From: an uncultured Ruminococcus sp.
GTDB lineage: Bacteria; Bacillota; Clostridia; Oscillospirales; Ruminococcaceae
Direction of reading: 5' to 3'
DNA: 39,569 bases
NCBI GenBank assembly: GCA_937942105.1
Contig: CALDFS010000022.1
Span: 1 to 39,569 of the forward strand
Part shown: piece after piece, positions 11,154 to 20,405 of the stretch
Layout of the letters: every line of letters starts with the position of its first letter
How positions within the stretch are numbered: position 1 is the stretch's first letter
Program-made: the position numbers and the translations under genes
The notes under the pieces: generated by a model
Database searches by the model: none
What the model was told of the DNA's origin: nothing
What the model saw: only the letters and a program-made list of their open reading frames with translations

Positions 11154-11260
11154 TGATCTGCTCCTTTCCGCCGCCGTATAAATCGATGATCGACATAGCC
11201 GATTAAAAGCATAGCCCGGAGCAGAATGTCTGCTTACCGGGCGTCTTTGTCCTATAGAAT

Positions 11261-11288
11261 ATTATAACCCTTTCTCTAAAAAAATCAA
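11261..11288 (-). promoter_or_regulatory. sigma-A type promoter candidate for the atp operon
   Basis: On the minus strand: TTGATT (11288-11283), a 16-nt spacer, then TATAAT (11266-11261). It sits about 110 nt upstream of atpB. The leader contains the hairpin at 11218-11244. Confidence 0.55.
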
Positions 11289-11404
11289 GGGGCTGAAGCG
11301 CATATTGGTAAAACAAAGCCTTAAAAATAAAATTTTGAAATAAAATTATACAAAATGCTGAAAAAACCGTCGGAAATTTTATCTAAAAGATTAAACACAA
11401 GTTC

Positions 11405-11433
11405 TTGACATTCTCTTAAATGTGATGTACCAT
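11405..11433 (+). promoter_or_regulatory. promoter candidate for the purine permease gene
   Basis: Perfect TTGACA (11405-11410), a 17-nt spacer, then a weak -10 TACCAT (11428-11433). Confidence 0.4.
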
Positions 11434-11516
11434 ATGTATGTAATGCTCTTGTAAATGATTTTCAACAGCATTGTAAAGCGCGGATTCATCCGCAAAAACT
11501 GAAAGGATTGATAACT

Positions 11517-12950
11517 ATGGAAAAAGTTTTCAAGCTCAAGCAAAACGGCACCACTGTTAGAACCGAAATCCTTGCAGGCTTAACGACGTTTATGACAATG
11601 GCTTACATCATTATCTTAAACCCGAACCTGCTCACCGGCTTTGGCTCAAGCGGTACACCCGCCCTTTGGAACGGCATCTTCCTTGCAACCTGCTTAGCTT
11701 CCGGCATCGGAACTATATGCATGGCATTTTTGGCAAATAAACCATTCGCAATGGCCCCCGGCATGGGTCTTAACAGCTTCTTCGCGGTAGTAGTTGCAAA
11801 TATTGCAGCAATCGCAGGATGCAGCTATGACAATGCTTTTCAGGCAGCCTTGTGCATTATCCTTGTTGAAGGTATTGTCTTCCTCTTCCTTTCTATATTC
11901 AAGGTAAGAGAAAAGATTGTTCAGGCAATTCCTTTCGGAGTAAGAACCGCAATCGCTCCTGCTATCGGTCTTATGCTCCTTAACATAGGCTTCGGCTCCA
12001 ACATCGGTATTTACGATGCCAACGGCGCCTGCTACTATGTTTTCAAGGACTTCTTCGGTGCTCTCACTCCTTCCGTACTTAAGAACAACATGGCAGGCGA
12101 CACTGCTTATACCCAGATGGTTCTGGTAGTAGTAACCATATTCCTTGGCTTGTTCGCAATGATTATCCTTAAGCATTTCAAGATCAAGGCTAATGTTCTT
12201 CTTGGTATGCTCTTCGCATCGGTCATCTACTGGATAGGACAGGCTGCCTTCCTGCATGAGAATCCTTTTGCAGCTCTTTCGGGTGCTTCCTTCGTTCCTG
12301 CTTTCGGCGATATGGCTTCTACAACCCTGTTCAAGTTTGATTTCGCGACATTCTTCTCAATCGGCTGGTTCACTGCCATCACACTTATCATCACCTTCTG
12401 CATGATCGATATGTTCGATACCATCGGAACCCTTGTAGGCACCGCTTCCAAGGCCGGTATGATTGATAAGGATGGCAATATGCCCAACATGAGAGAGGCT
12501 CTTCTTTCCGACGCTATCGGTACCGTTGCAGGTTCCGTAACCGGTACTTCCACCGTTACCACCTTCATCGAGTCCGCTTCCGGCGTTGAAGCAGGCGGCA
12601 GAACAGGTCTTACCGCTCTTACAACTGGTATCCTCTTCGTTCTGTGCATATTTATTGCTCCGCTTACCAAGCTTATTCCCGGTGCAGCTACCTCCGCAGC
12701 TCTTATCTATGTCGGAATACTCATGCTCTCCGGTCTTAAGAATCTTGACTTTGATGACTTCTCCCAGCTCGCCCCTGCGGCTATCATGCTCATAGGTATG
12801 CCTATAACCGGCTCTATCGGACATGCTTTGGGCTTGGGTCTTATCACCTACACCGTAATCAAGCTCTGCACCGGCAAGGCTAAGGATGTTTCCGTTCTTA
12901 CAATCGTAATTTCGCTTATCTTCCTTATCAAGTTCTTTGTTGTAGCATAA
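11517..12950 (+). CDS. NCS2 family purine permease (adenine/guanine/hypoxanthine, AzgA/PbuG-like)
   Basis: ATG at 11517 after AAAGGA. The N-terminus MEKVFKLKQNGTTVRTEILAGLTTFMTMAYIIILNP is characteristic of AzgA-type permeases. The protein has about 13 TM segments. Confidence 0.9.
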   Translation: MEKVFKLKQNGTTVRTEILAGLTTFMTMAYIIILNPNLLTGFGSSGTPALWNGIFLATCLASGIGTICMAFLANKPFAMAPGMGLNSFFAVVVANIAAIAGCSYDNAFQAALCIILVEGIVFLFLSIFKVREKIVQAIPFGVRTAIAPAIGLMLLNIGFGSNIGIYDANGACYYVFKDFFGALTPSVLKNNMAGDTAYTQMVLVVVTIFLGLFAMIILKHFKIKANVLLGMLFASVIYWIGQAAFLHENPFAALSGASFVPAFGDMASTTLFKFDFATFFSIGWFTAITLIITFCMIDMFDTIGTLVGTASKAGMIDKDGNMPNMREALLSDAIGTVAGSVTGTSTVTTFIESASGVEAGGRTGLTALTTGILFVLCIFIAPLTKLIPGAATSAALIYVGILMLSGLKNLDFDDFSQLAPAAIMLIGMPITGSIGHALGLGLITYTVIKLCTGKAKDVSVLTIVISLIFLIKFFVVA

Positions 12951-12975
12951 GCTCGATTTTGTAAAATCAAAAAGC

Positions 12976-13015
12976 AAATACCGGCTGGATGCATTTCCAA
13001 CCGGTATTTTTCTGT
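12976..13015. terminator. bidirectional rho-independent terminator
   Basis: AAATACCGGCTGG (12976-12988) pairs with CCAACCGGTATTT (12998-13010) with one mismatch. T-runs follow on both strands. It lies between convergent genes. Confidence 0.7.
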
Positions 13016-13024
13016 CTGCTAAAT

Positions 13025-13429
13025 TCAGTGATGACAGTTTCCGCCGCAGCCGTGCTTGTCTTCGCCGCAGGAGCTGCCGCAGCTATGTTCATGCGAGTGA
13101 TGATTGCAGGAAACATTTGGATTGTAGTCAAGCTTGCCCGAAAGCAAAGCCTTTACAGCATCATCTGCGCCGCCTGATATGCCGCCGTAAAGATCAATTC
13201 CTGCCTGACTAAGCGCATTCTGCGCTCCTGCGCCAATTCCTCCGCATATAACTGCGTCAACATTGAGTCCCACTAAAAATCCCGCCAGAGCGCCGTGACC
13301 GCTTCCGACAGAGCTTACAATTTGAGAGTCTTTTATATTTCCGCCCTCAACATCATAGACCTTAAACTGCTCGGTGTGACCGAAATGCTGAAAAATATTT
13401 CCGTTTTCATAGGTTACTGCTATTCTCAT
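13025..13429 (-). CDS. NifB/NifX-family (dinitrogenase FeMo-cofactor biosynthesis-like) protein with Cys/His-rich tail
   Basis: MRIAVTYENGNIFQHFGHTEQFKVYDV...VICGGIGAGAQNAL matches the NifX/NifB C-terminal-type fold family. The tail is SCNHHSHEHSCGSSCGEDKHGCGGNCHH. Confidence 0.8.
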   Translation of the reverse strand: MRIAVTYENGNIFQHFGHTEQFKVYDVEGGNIKDSQIVSSVGSGHGALAGFLVGLNVDAVICGGIGAGAQNALSQAGIDLYGGISGGADDAVKALLSGKLDYNPNVSCNHHSHEHSCGSSCGEDKHGCGGNCHH

Positions 13430-13524
13430 TCTGGTTTTGTCCTTTCAAAAGATTATACTTATATTATACTATATTTCCCTTCAAAAATCTATACCGAAAA
13501 ATAATTTTTATTCCGCCGTAATGG

Positions 13525-13553
13525 TTGCATACCGCGCCGACTTCTGCTATAAT
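13525..13553 (+). promoter_or_regulatory. sigma-A type promoter candidate for ispDF
   Basis: TTGCAT (13525-13530), a 17-nt spacer, then a perfect TATAAT (13548-13553), about 40 nt upstream of the ATG. Confidence 0.6.
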
Positions 13554-13591
13554 GCATACATACAAAAAATATCAGGATGTGATAAGCTACA

Positions 13592-14755
13592 ATGAATATA
13601 GATTCCTACATGGCAAAAACTAAAAGCGCCGAGCTTATTCTTGCCTGCGGCGGCAGAAGCGTTCGTATGGGGCAAAATAAGCTTTTGATGGATATATCAG
13701 GCAAGCCATGCATTCTGCGCACCTGCGAGGCATTTGATTCCTGCGGATATATTAAAAGAATTATAATTGCCGCTCCGCCTGAGCTTCATGATGTTTACCG
13801 CAAAACTCTTGAAACAATAAAAACCCCTATAGCTTTCGTCGGCGGGGGAGATACCCGCCAGCAATCGATAATGAACGCCGTAAAACAAGCGAAAGAGGAT
13901 ATAATAGTTATACACGACGGAGCAAGACCGCTTGTGTCTTCGTTGGTTATAGAAAAGTCGGTTGATGATGCTTTTAGCTTCGGCAGCTCAATAGTCTGCG
14001 TTCCTTCTAAGGACACTATAAGGCTTGACGATGGCGAAAGCTCCTATTCTCCGCCAAGATGCAGCGCTTATATAGTTCAGACGCCCCAGAGCTTCGCACG
14101 CAAGCTCTATCTTAAAGCCTGTGAAACAGCTGAAGGCGATTATACCGATGATGCTCAGCTCTTGGATGCTATCGGAATCAAGCCTCATATAACTATAGGC
14201 GAATATTCAAACATAAAAATAACTACTGCGGAGGATATTGATATGGCGCGCTCTCTTATCGGCGGTAAGTCTGCCGTTTGCACGCCGCGAATAGGTCACG
14301 GTTATGATGTTCATAGGCTGGTCGATGGCAGAGCACTCGTATTAGGCGGCGTGAACATCCCATACGAAAAGGGTCTTTTGGGACATTCCGATGCCGATGT
14401 TCTTACCCACGCCCTGATGGACGCTCTTTTAGGAGCAGCTGCACTCGGCGATATAGGCAAGCTCTTCCCGGACAGTGACGATAAATACACAGGCGCTGAC
14501 AGCATAGAGCTTCTTAAGAAAGTTGTAAAGCTGCTTGACGAAAACGGTTACACAATAGTGAATACTGATGTGACGGTTATAGCGCAGTCGCCTAAGCTCT
14601 CTTCGTATATAGACGATATGAGAGCGCGGCTCAGTCAGGCCATGAACATCTCAATGAATTCGGTATCTGTAAAGGCAACCACAGAAGAACGCCTTGGCTT
14701 CACCGGCTCGGGCGAAGGAATTGCAGCCCATGCTGTAGCCATGATTTACGGATAA
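13592..14755 (+). CDS. ispDF: bifunctional MEP cytidylyltransferase / MEcPP synthase (IspD-IspF fusion)
   Basis: N-terminal IspD motifs ([20 protein letters not shown]). The C-terminal half is IspF ([34 protein letters not shown]). Confidence 0.92.
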   Translation: MNIDSYMAKTKSAELILACGGRSVRMGQNKLLMDISGKPCILRTCEAFDSCGYIKRIIIAAPPELHDVYRKTLETIKTPIAFVGGGDTRQQSIMNAVKQAKEDIIVIHDGARPLVSSLVIEKSVDDAFSFGSSIVCVPSKDTIRLDDGESSYSPPRCSAYIVQTPQSFARKLYLKACETAEGDYTDDAQLLDAIGIKPHITIGEYSNIKITTAEDIDMARSLIGGKSAVCTPRIGHGYDVHRLVDGRALVLGGVNIPYEKGLLGHSDADVLTHALMDALLGAAALGDIGKLFPDSDDKYTGADSIELLKKVVKLLDENGYTIVNTDVTVIAQSPKLSSYIDDMRARLSQAMNISMNSVSVKATTEERLGFTGSGEGIAAHAVAMIYG

Positions 14756-14853
14756 AGGGGAGCACTTGCATCCCATATAATGGAGCACCTATGACCTGCA
14801 TTTCATATAATGTATTGTAATATTATAATTATTATTTGAGGTGCAAGCTTAAA

Positions 14854-15075
14854 ATGAAATACACACTTATTGCGGTTTCCTCGATAACCTATGCCATGAA
14901 AGCAAAAAGACTTCTGAACGGCATGGGCTATTACTGCGAAATTGAAAAAACTCCGAAAAATTTATCCTCCGGCTGCGGATATTCCATTCGTGTTAAGGAC
15001 AGTTCCGAGGTCATAACAGGATTACTCAAAAACAACGGAATTGAATATAAGGCTCTCATGTCGGTCAACAGGTGA
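14854..15075 (+). CDS. DUF3343-like small protein (putative S/Se carrier)
   Basis: ATG at 14854, 10 nt after GAGGTG. YTLIAVSSITYAMKAKRLLNGMGYYCEIEKTPKNLSSGCGYSIRV matches the DUF3343 pattern with the conserved SSGCG cysteine. It lies immediately upstream of a class V desulfurase. Confidence 0.7.
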   Translation: MKYTLIAVSSITYAMKAKRLLNGMGYYCEIEKTPKNLSSGCGYSIRVKDSSEVITGLLKNNGIEYKALMSVNR

Positions 15076-15082
15076 CAGTGCC

Positions 15083-16219
15083 ATGAGAACAGTTTATTTT
15101 GATAACGCCGCAACGTCATATCCCAAGCCGCCATCGGTAAGGACAGCCGTTTCGGAGGCTGTGGATAAATACGGCGGCAATCCGGGGCGGGGCGGACACA
15201 GCTATTCCATAAACGCCGCAAAAATAGTCTTTGATACAAGAAGCAATGCTGCTAAGATGTTCGGCGCAAGTGTTGAAAACGTAGTGTTCACGCTTAACTG
15301 CACCCATGCTTTGAATTACGCCATAAAAGGCGTGCTTAAGCCCGGAGACAGGATGGTCATATCATCCATGGAGCATAATTCCGTTGCCAGACCTTCCTAT
15401 GCGCTCTCAAAAAGAGGAGTAAGAGTAGACGTTGCGACCATTGGCAGAACCGATGAGGAAACGCTGAAATCCTTCTCTTCGCTGATATCAAGCTCAACCA
15501 AATGCGTCGTCTGCACAGCTGCAAGCAATGTTACCGGAAGGGTAATGCCAATACGTGAGATAGCTGCGCTCTGCCGCAAAAGGGGAGTATGCTTTATTGT
15601 AGACGCGGCACAGGCGGCAGGAATAATTCCTATATCCTTGGCAGACGGCATGAATTTCATCTGCACAGCCGGTCATAAGGGGCTTTACGGCACGACAGGA
15701 ACAGGTCTTCTGATTTCAGACGGCAAGTTCACACCGTCAACCATAATAGAGGGCGGAACCGGCGCCACCTCGGCGGAGCTTAGCCAGACCGGCTTTATGC
15801 CGGAGCTTTTAGAGAGCGGAACCGTTAACACGGTTGGAATAGCTTCGCTGAACGCAGGCATGAAGTTTGTTAGGCAGACAGGTCTTGAAAGCATATATAA
15901 TCATGAGGATGCTCTGTGTGAGCTTCTTTTAGAACGGATATCGCCGATAGATGAAGTGACTGTCTACCGCCGTGGGGACAGATTTGTTCCTATAGTTTCG
16001 TTTAACATAGATGGAATACCGTCTGACGCTCTTGCCTCAGCGCTTTCTGATAAGGGCTATGCTCTTCGCGGAGGGCTTCACTGCGCCCCGCTTGCTCATA
16101 AAACATTGCGAACCCTTCCTGATGGAACGGTAAGATTTTCACCTTCTGTTTTCAATTCCGAGAAGGATGTTAAAGAACTTGCGGAATTAATAAAAAAATT
16201 TGCAAAACATGGTCTGTAG
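15083..16219 (+). CDS. aminotransferase class V / cysteine desulfurase family protein
   Basis: ATG at 15083 after AGGTGA. N-terminus YFDNAATSYPKP, PLP lysine in TAGHKGLYG, and a catalytic-Cys motif RGGLHCAPLAH near the C-terminus. Confidence 0.88.
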   Translation: MRTVYFDNAATSYPKPPSVRTAVSEAVDKYGGNPGRGGHSYSINAAKIVFDTRSNAAKMFGASVENVVFTLNCTHALNYAIKGVLKPGDRMVISSMEHNSVARPSYALSKRGVRVDVATIGRTDEETLKSFSSLISSSTKCVVCTAASNVTGRVMPIREIAALCRKRGVCFIVDAAQAAGIIPISLADGMNFICTAGHKGLYGTTGTGLLISDGKFTPSTIIEGGTGATSAELSQTGFMPELLESGTVNTVGIASLNAGMKFVRQTGLESIYNHEDALCELLLERISPIDEVTVYRRGDRFVPIVSFNIDGIPSDALASALSDKGYALRGGLHCAPLAHKTLRTLPDGTVRFSPSVFNSEKDVKELAELIKKFAKHGL

Positions 16220-16409
16220 CTATTGTATTTTTGAATAATAGCTGTTAAAATATAATGTGGAACGAATGTAGGGGCAGCACCATATAAATGAATTGCTGAC
16301 GCTAAGCACCTTGGTGTTGCCTTAATCGCTGATTGCCTGCATATGAATCCGTTAGTCTTCGTGAACAATCATGCAGTCGGCTTCGCAAAACGCTCAGTCG
16401 GAAGGGGAA

Positions 16410-17315
16410 ATGAATTTGGAATACATAAGCATTTTTTTATCAAGAATATTAAGCATACTCGGCTCTATCAACTGGCGTGATATAGTTGATATGCTTCTTC
16501 TGACCTATTTCCTGTATAAAGGAATCAAGCTTGTGAGGGAAACGAAGGCGCAGCAGCTTATTACCGGTATTGCAATAGTGCTGGCAGTATACTTTATTTC
16601 AAACGCCATGAAGCTCAAAGTTATGTCATACCTTCTTGAAAACTTTTTGCAGGTCGGAATCATTGCAATAGTAATAGTATTCCAGCCCGAGCTGAGAAGG
16701 CTTCTTGAAAAGGTCGGACGGACAAATGTTAAATCCCTGAACGTTTTCAGCGATGCAAGATCTGAAAACCTTGCTCAGAACTGGGCGAGGACGATTGACG
16801 TAATAGGTGAGGCTGTAAGCCAGCTTTCCGAAACGGCGACCGGCGCCCTTATAGTTATCGAGCGCAAAATCCATCTTGGCGAGCAGATAGATACGGGTAC
16901 GGTTTTGGACTGCTTGCCAAGCGTAGCAAGCTTCGGAACGATATTCTTCCCAAAAACTCCTCTGCATGACGGTGCAGTTATAATAAGAGACGCGCGCATC
17001 ATAGCCGCAGGATGCTTCTTGCCCACTCCTCAGAAGGAGGAAAGAATCAACAAGCTTTTAGGTTCAAGACATCGCGCAGCAATAGGTATGAGCGAAAATT
17101 CGGACGCTATAATAATCGTAGTTTCTGAAGAGACTGGTACCATCTCAATCGCAGAAAACGGCGAGCTTACACGCGGCTACACCAAGGACAGGCTAATTAA
17201 GTACCTAAAATCCCAGATAATCCCTGAAAAGCCCCAGAATGAAAACGGATTCCTTGCAAGGCTGAAACAAAGAAAGGAGAATAACAATGCCGGAAAAATT
17301 GAAGAAAAGAAATAG
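16410..17315 (+). CDS. cdaA: diadenylate cyclase CdaA
   Basis: Three N-terminal TM helices followed by a DAC domain (TPLHDGAVII, GSRHRAAIGMSE, VVSEETGTISIA). The start is uncertain: ATG 16410, TTG 16416, or the upstream ATG at 16371 used by the ORF track. Confidence 0.9.
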   Translation: MNLEYISIFLSRILSILGSINWRDIVDMLLLTYFLYKGIKLVRETKAQQLITGIAIVLAVYFISNAMKLKVMSYLLENFLQVGIIAIVIVFQPELRRLLEKVGRTNVKSLNVFSDARSENLAQNWARTIDVIGEAVSQLSETATGALIVIERKIHLGEQIDTGTVLDCLPSVASFGTIFFPKTPLHDGAVIIRDARIIAAGCFLPTPQKEERINKLLGSRHRAAIGMSENSDAIIIVVSEETGTISIAENGELTRGYTKDRLIKYLKSQIIPEKPQNENGFLARLKQRKENNNAGKIEEKK

Positions 17316-18606
17316 TTCTGTCAACAGAAGCAGCATCATTACTTTTGCCGTGTCGGCTGTTCTTGCGGTTTTAATATGGCTTGTCCTTTCTTTAACAGCT
17401 TTTCCTGAGATGACGCTGTCGCTGAAAGATGTTCCTATAGACTATTCTATTGCCAACAGCTATGCCGATAACTCCGGGCTGTCTATAATGAGCCGTTCGA
17501 ATGAAACGGCCAACGTCAGAATCAAGGGTCTGCGCTATCAGATAGGTGAGTATACTAACGAAGATATTCATATAGGGCTGAACGTTGACTCTGTAAGAGC
17601 AGCGGGAAAATATGACGTCGCCCTGGTTGTCACCAGCGTTAACGGTGACGAAATTGAGGTCGAGATTGAGCCGAAGACGGTAAACGTCGAGTTCGACAAA
17701 ATGACTTCTAAGATTTTTTCGGTTGAAGACGGCACCTTGACAGCGGACATTTCCAACCTTACCGCCGCTGAAGGATATATGATAGACCCAAGCGAAATAA
17801 CCATAGAGCCGTCGGTAGTCGAGCTTTACGGTCCTCAGGATTATATTGAGCAGATAACTTCCTGTTCGGTATCAACCAACAATGCTTACACCGCCATGAA
17901 AACCATCAATACCGATAAGACCTCACTTACGGTATATAACGGCACCAACGTTATGACTACCGACAGAATAGTGTCGGATGAAACAAAATTCACTCTCAAT
18001 GTTCCGGTGTACATGACCAAGGAACTGCCGCTTTCGATAGACATCATTCCATACTTTGAAAGCTTCGACCTTTCATCGCTGGCAGGAGCTGCCCGCATCG
18101 AGCCGGAGAGCATCATCGTCAAGAGTATGGACGACAGGATAAAGAATCTTGAAAAGCTGACCTTGGAGGGCAGCATAAGCCTGAAGGACATCACCATAGG
18201 CACGGTTATTCCCTGGAAGATAACCGATAAATCCTACTACACCAACATCTCGGGCATAGATCAGGCACTTGTAAGCTTCGACCTTGAGGGATATGCCACC
18301 AAGAAGTTCAAGATTAACAACTCGCAGATTAACGTTATTAATATCGAGCCGGGCTATCAGGTATCGGTTGAGACAGGCAGGCTGCAAAACGTCACCATCG
18401 TTGGTCCGGCGGATGTGCTTGAACAGATAGAGACATCGGACATAGCGGCTCAGATTGACTACATGGAAAACACCTTCACCGATGGCTTTAATATCCGCGA
18501 GGTTACGATATATGTCCCGCAGTATGATAATTGCTGGGCATACGGCTCCTACCCGGTAACGCTGAACGTTTCAAAGGTTGCCGATGATGTCAACGTGAAC
18601 GAATAG
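17287..18606 (+). CDS. cdaR: CdaR/YbbR-domain regulator of CdaA
   Basis: AAAGGAG RBS and a 29-nt overlap with the cdaA end. N-terminal TM anchor followed by repeated YbbR-like beta-rich modules. The pairing with cdaA is the conserved arrangement. Confidence 0.85.
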   Translation: MPEKLKKRNSSVNRSSIITFAVSAVLAVLIWLVLSLTAFPEMTLSLKDVPIDYSIANSYADNSGLSIMSRSNETANVRIKGLRYQIGEYTNEDIHIGLNVDSVRAAGKYDVALVVTSVNGDEIEVEIEPKTVNVEFDKMTSKIFSVEDGTLTADISNLTAAEGYMIDPSEITIEPSVVELYGPQDYIEQITSCSVSTNNAYTAMKTINTDKTSLTVYNGTNVMTTDRIVSDETKFTLNVPVYMTKELPLSIDIIPYFESFDLSSLAGAARIEPESIIVKSMDDRIKNLEKLTLEGSISLKDITIGTVIPWKITDKSYYTNISGIDQALVSFDLEGYATKKFKINNSQINVINIEPGYQVSVETGRLQNVTIVGPADVLEQIETSDIAAQIDYMENTFTDGFNIREVTIYVPQYDNCWAYGSYPVTLNVSKVADDVNVNE

Positions 18607-18622
18607 ATTTTTGTGTTAATGT

Positions 18623-18652
18623 GCAGGGTCTGAAAAATGACCCTGCTTTTGT
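18623..18652 (+). terminator. rho-independent terminator after cdaR
   Basis: GCAGGGTC (18623-18630), loop, GACCCTGC (18639-18646), then TTTTGT. Confidence 0.75.
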
Positions 18653-18663
18653 ATGGAGACAAT

Positions 18664-20253
18664 ATGCCAATAATTATTATGAATATCCGCTCTGAGGTCG
18701 GAGAAAAAAGCGAAGCAATAATCGCAAAAGCCTGTAAGGCTATCTCACTTGACACAAAGGATATAATCAGCGCTCAGATACATAAATCCTCGCTTGATGC
18801 CAGAAAGAGAAACGATATCCACCTTATTAACTCGGTTATGCTCTGCCTTTCATCGAAAAAGCTGGAGATAAAGCTATCTGAAAGCCGGAAAAACGTAAAA
18901 TACTTTGAAGAGCCGGAGCTAAAGCCTGAAATATCCAACATAAAGCGCGATGGCAGGGTTGTTATAGCCGGCTTCGGTCCAGCCGGAATGTTTTGCGCAC
19001 TTGTTCTTTCTGAATACGGTTATAAGCCGATAGTGCTGGAAAGAGGAGCGGATGTCGACGCCCGCGTGAAGGCTGTTAATGACTTTTGGTCTGGCGGAAG
19101 GCTTGACCCCCACACCAATGTTCAGTTCGGCGAGGGCGGCGCGGGGACGTTCTCTGACGGCAAGCTGACTACAAGAATAGGCGACCCGCTTGCAAGATAT
19201 GTCATAAGGCGTTTTGCCGACTTTGGCGCGCCGGATGAGATACTTTTCAAGGCAAAGCCGCACATAGGAACGGATAAGCTCCGCGGAATAGTAAAGGCTA
19301 TCCGTCAGAAGATAATAGAAAACGGCGGAGAAGTAAGGTTCCTGACTTCTGTTGAGGATATAATCGTTTCACAGGGCAGGGCAGAAAGCGTTTTATGTGC
19401 AGACGACAGCATACCGTCAAGCGCTGTAGTAATGGCGATAGGTCACTCCGCACGTGATACCTTTGAGATGCTTCTTTCCCGTGGGGCGCTGTTACAGCCA
19501 AAGCCTTTTTCAGTCGGTGCAAGAATAGAGCACACTCAGGAAAGTGTCAACAGAAGTCTTTACGGTGAATATGCTGATGATCCAAACCTGCCTATAGGTG
19601 AATATCAGCTATCTCATAGACGACAAGATGGACGTGCAGCCTATACCTTCTGCATGTGCCCCGGCGGAAGCGTTGTTGCCGCAGCCAGCGAGGAAGAGGG
19701 AATAGTGACAAACGGCATGAGCGAATACGCAAGAGACGGCAAAAACGCCAATTCCGCATTAGTTGTTTCAGTCACGCCGGAAGATTTCGGAAACCACGCC
19801 TTGGATGGCGTTGACTTTGCAAGAAGCCTTGAAAGACGTGCATACCAGATGACAGGCAGCTACAAAGCACCGTCATCAACCGTATCAGACTTTGTGGACG
19901 AGCTTACAAAAAAATCCTGCGTTGCACCCACGTACCGCCCGGGCGTTGAGGGATGCGACCTGAACAAGCTCTTCCCACAGTTTGTAAGCGATATGATGAA
20001 GGAAGGCATAAGAAGGTTTTCCCAGGAAATGAACTGCTTCGGCGACGGCGGTGCCATCCTTACCGCTCCCGAAACAAGAACCTCCTCTCCGGTGAGAATA
20101 CTAAGGACAGGTGATTTCAATGCCGTAGGAATTGACAATCTCTACCCCTGCGGTGAGGGTGCGGGCTATGCCGGCGGTATTGTATCTGCCGCTGTGGACG
20201 GAGTTAAGACCGCTCTTAAAATAATGGAGTCCTTCGCCCCGCCGGAGAATTGA
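18664..20253 (+). CDS. FAD-dependent oxidoreductase of the COG2509 type (function unknown)
   Basis: ATG at 18664 lies downstream of the terminator (the ORF-track start at 18637 is inside the hairpin). Dinucleotide-binding VIAGFGPAGMFCALVL and a C-terminal PCGEGAGYAGGIVSAAVDG. Confidence 0.8.
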   Translation: MPIIIMNIRSEVGEKSEAIIAKACKAISLDTKDIISAQIHKSSLDARKRNDIHLINSVMLCLSSKKLEIKLSESRKNVKYFEEPELKPEISNIKRDGRVVIAGFGPAGMFCALVLSEYGYKPIVLERGADVDARVKAVNDFWSGGRLDPHTNVQFGEGGAGTFSDGKLTTRIGDPLARYVIRRFADFGAPDEILFKAKPHIGTDKLRGIVKAIRQKIIENGGEVRFLTSVEDIIVSQGRAESVLCADDSIPSSAVVMAIGHSARDTFEMLLSRGALLQPKPFSVGARIEHTQESVNRSLYGEYADDPNLPIGEYQLSHRRQDGRAAYTFCMCPGGSVVAAASEEEGIVTNGMSEYARDGKNANSALVVSVTPEDFGNHALDGVDFARSLERRAYQMTGSYKAPSSTVSDFVDELTKKSCVAPTYRPGVEGCDLNKLFPQFVSDMMKEGIRRFSQEMNCFGDGGAILTAPETRTSSPVRILRTGDFNAVGIDNLYPCGEGAGYAGGIVSAAVDGVKTALKIMESFAPPEN

Positions 20254-20266
20254 TAGAATATAACTG

Positions 20267-20310
20267 AAATGGGTACAGAGGAGCAATGCTCATCCGCCCA
20301 TTTTTGTTTT
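20267..20310 (+). terminator. possible terminator after the FAD protein gene
   Basis: AAATGGG (20267-20273) pairs with CCCATTT (20297-20303). There is an inner GAGC/GCTC stem and the hairpin is followed by TTTTTGTTTT. The loop is large, so confidence is modest. Confidence 0.45.
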
Positions 20311-20405
20311 GTAGGTTCATATTATTTCGATATTTTTTCCAACCTTTTATATCGTGCGGTGTCTATATGTATGAAAGCGCTTTTGAACCGCAAGGAGATA
20401 AACCC

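Noticed and set aside
11011-11196. 61-aa ORF at the 5' end of the atp operon, considered as a possible atpI.
   Set aside because: It overlaps the atpB start in another frame. It is hydrophilic and Gly/Ser-rich, whereas AtpI is a small membrane protein, and it has no RBS.
11434-11516. Purine riboswitch expected upstream of the purine permease.
   Set aside because: The ~80-nt leader shows only short hairpins (AATGCT/AGCATT and GCGGA-TTCA-TCCGC). I could not find the conserved purine-riboswitch three-way junction or loop motifs.
11694-12977. Three minus-strand ORFs (187, 147 and 206 aa) opposite the NCS2 permease gene.
   Set aside because: These are shadow ORFs of a well-supported 13-TM permease gene. 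The translations have no recognisable motifs and show odd composition.
14766-14829. Two ~16-nt similar motifs (TGCATCCCATATAATG and TGCATTTCATATAATG) 30 bp apart, plus a third TATAAT, upstream of the DUF3343 gene.
   Set aside because: None has a convincing -35 element at 16-18 nt, so I could not decide which, if any, is the promoter or an operator. I mention it only as context in the DUF3343 finding.
20286-20405. 40-codon N-terminal extension of the sigma factor ORF in the ORF track.
   Set aside because: The extension is Phe/Cys-rich nonsense that overlaps the upstream terminator tail. A strong AAGGAG RBS precedes the ATG at 20406, where sigma region 2 similarity begins.
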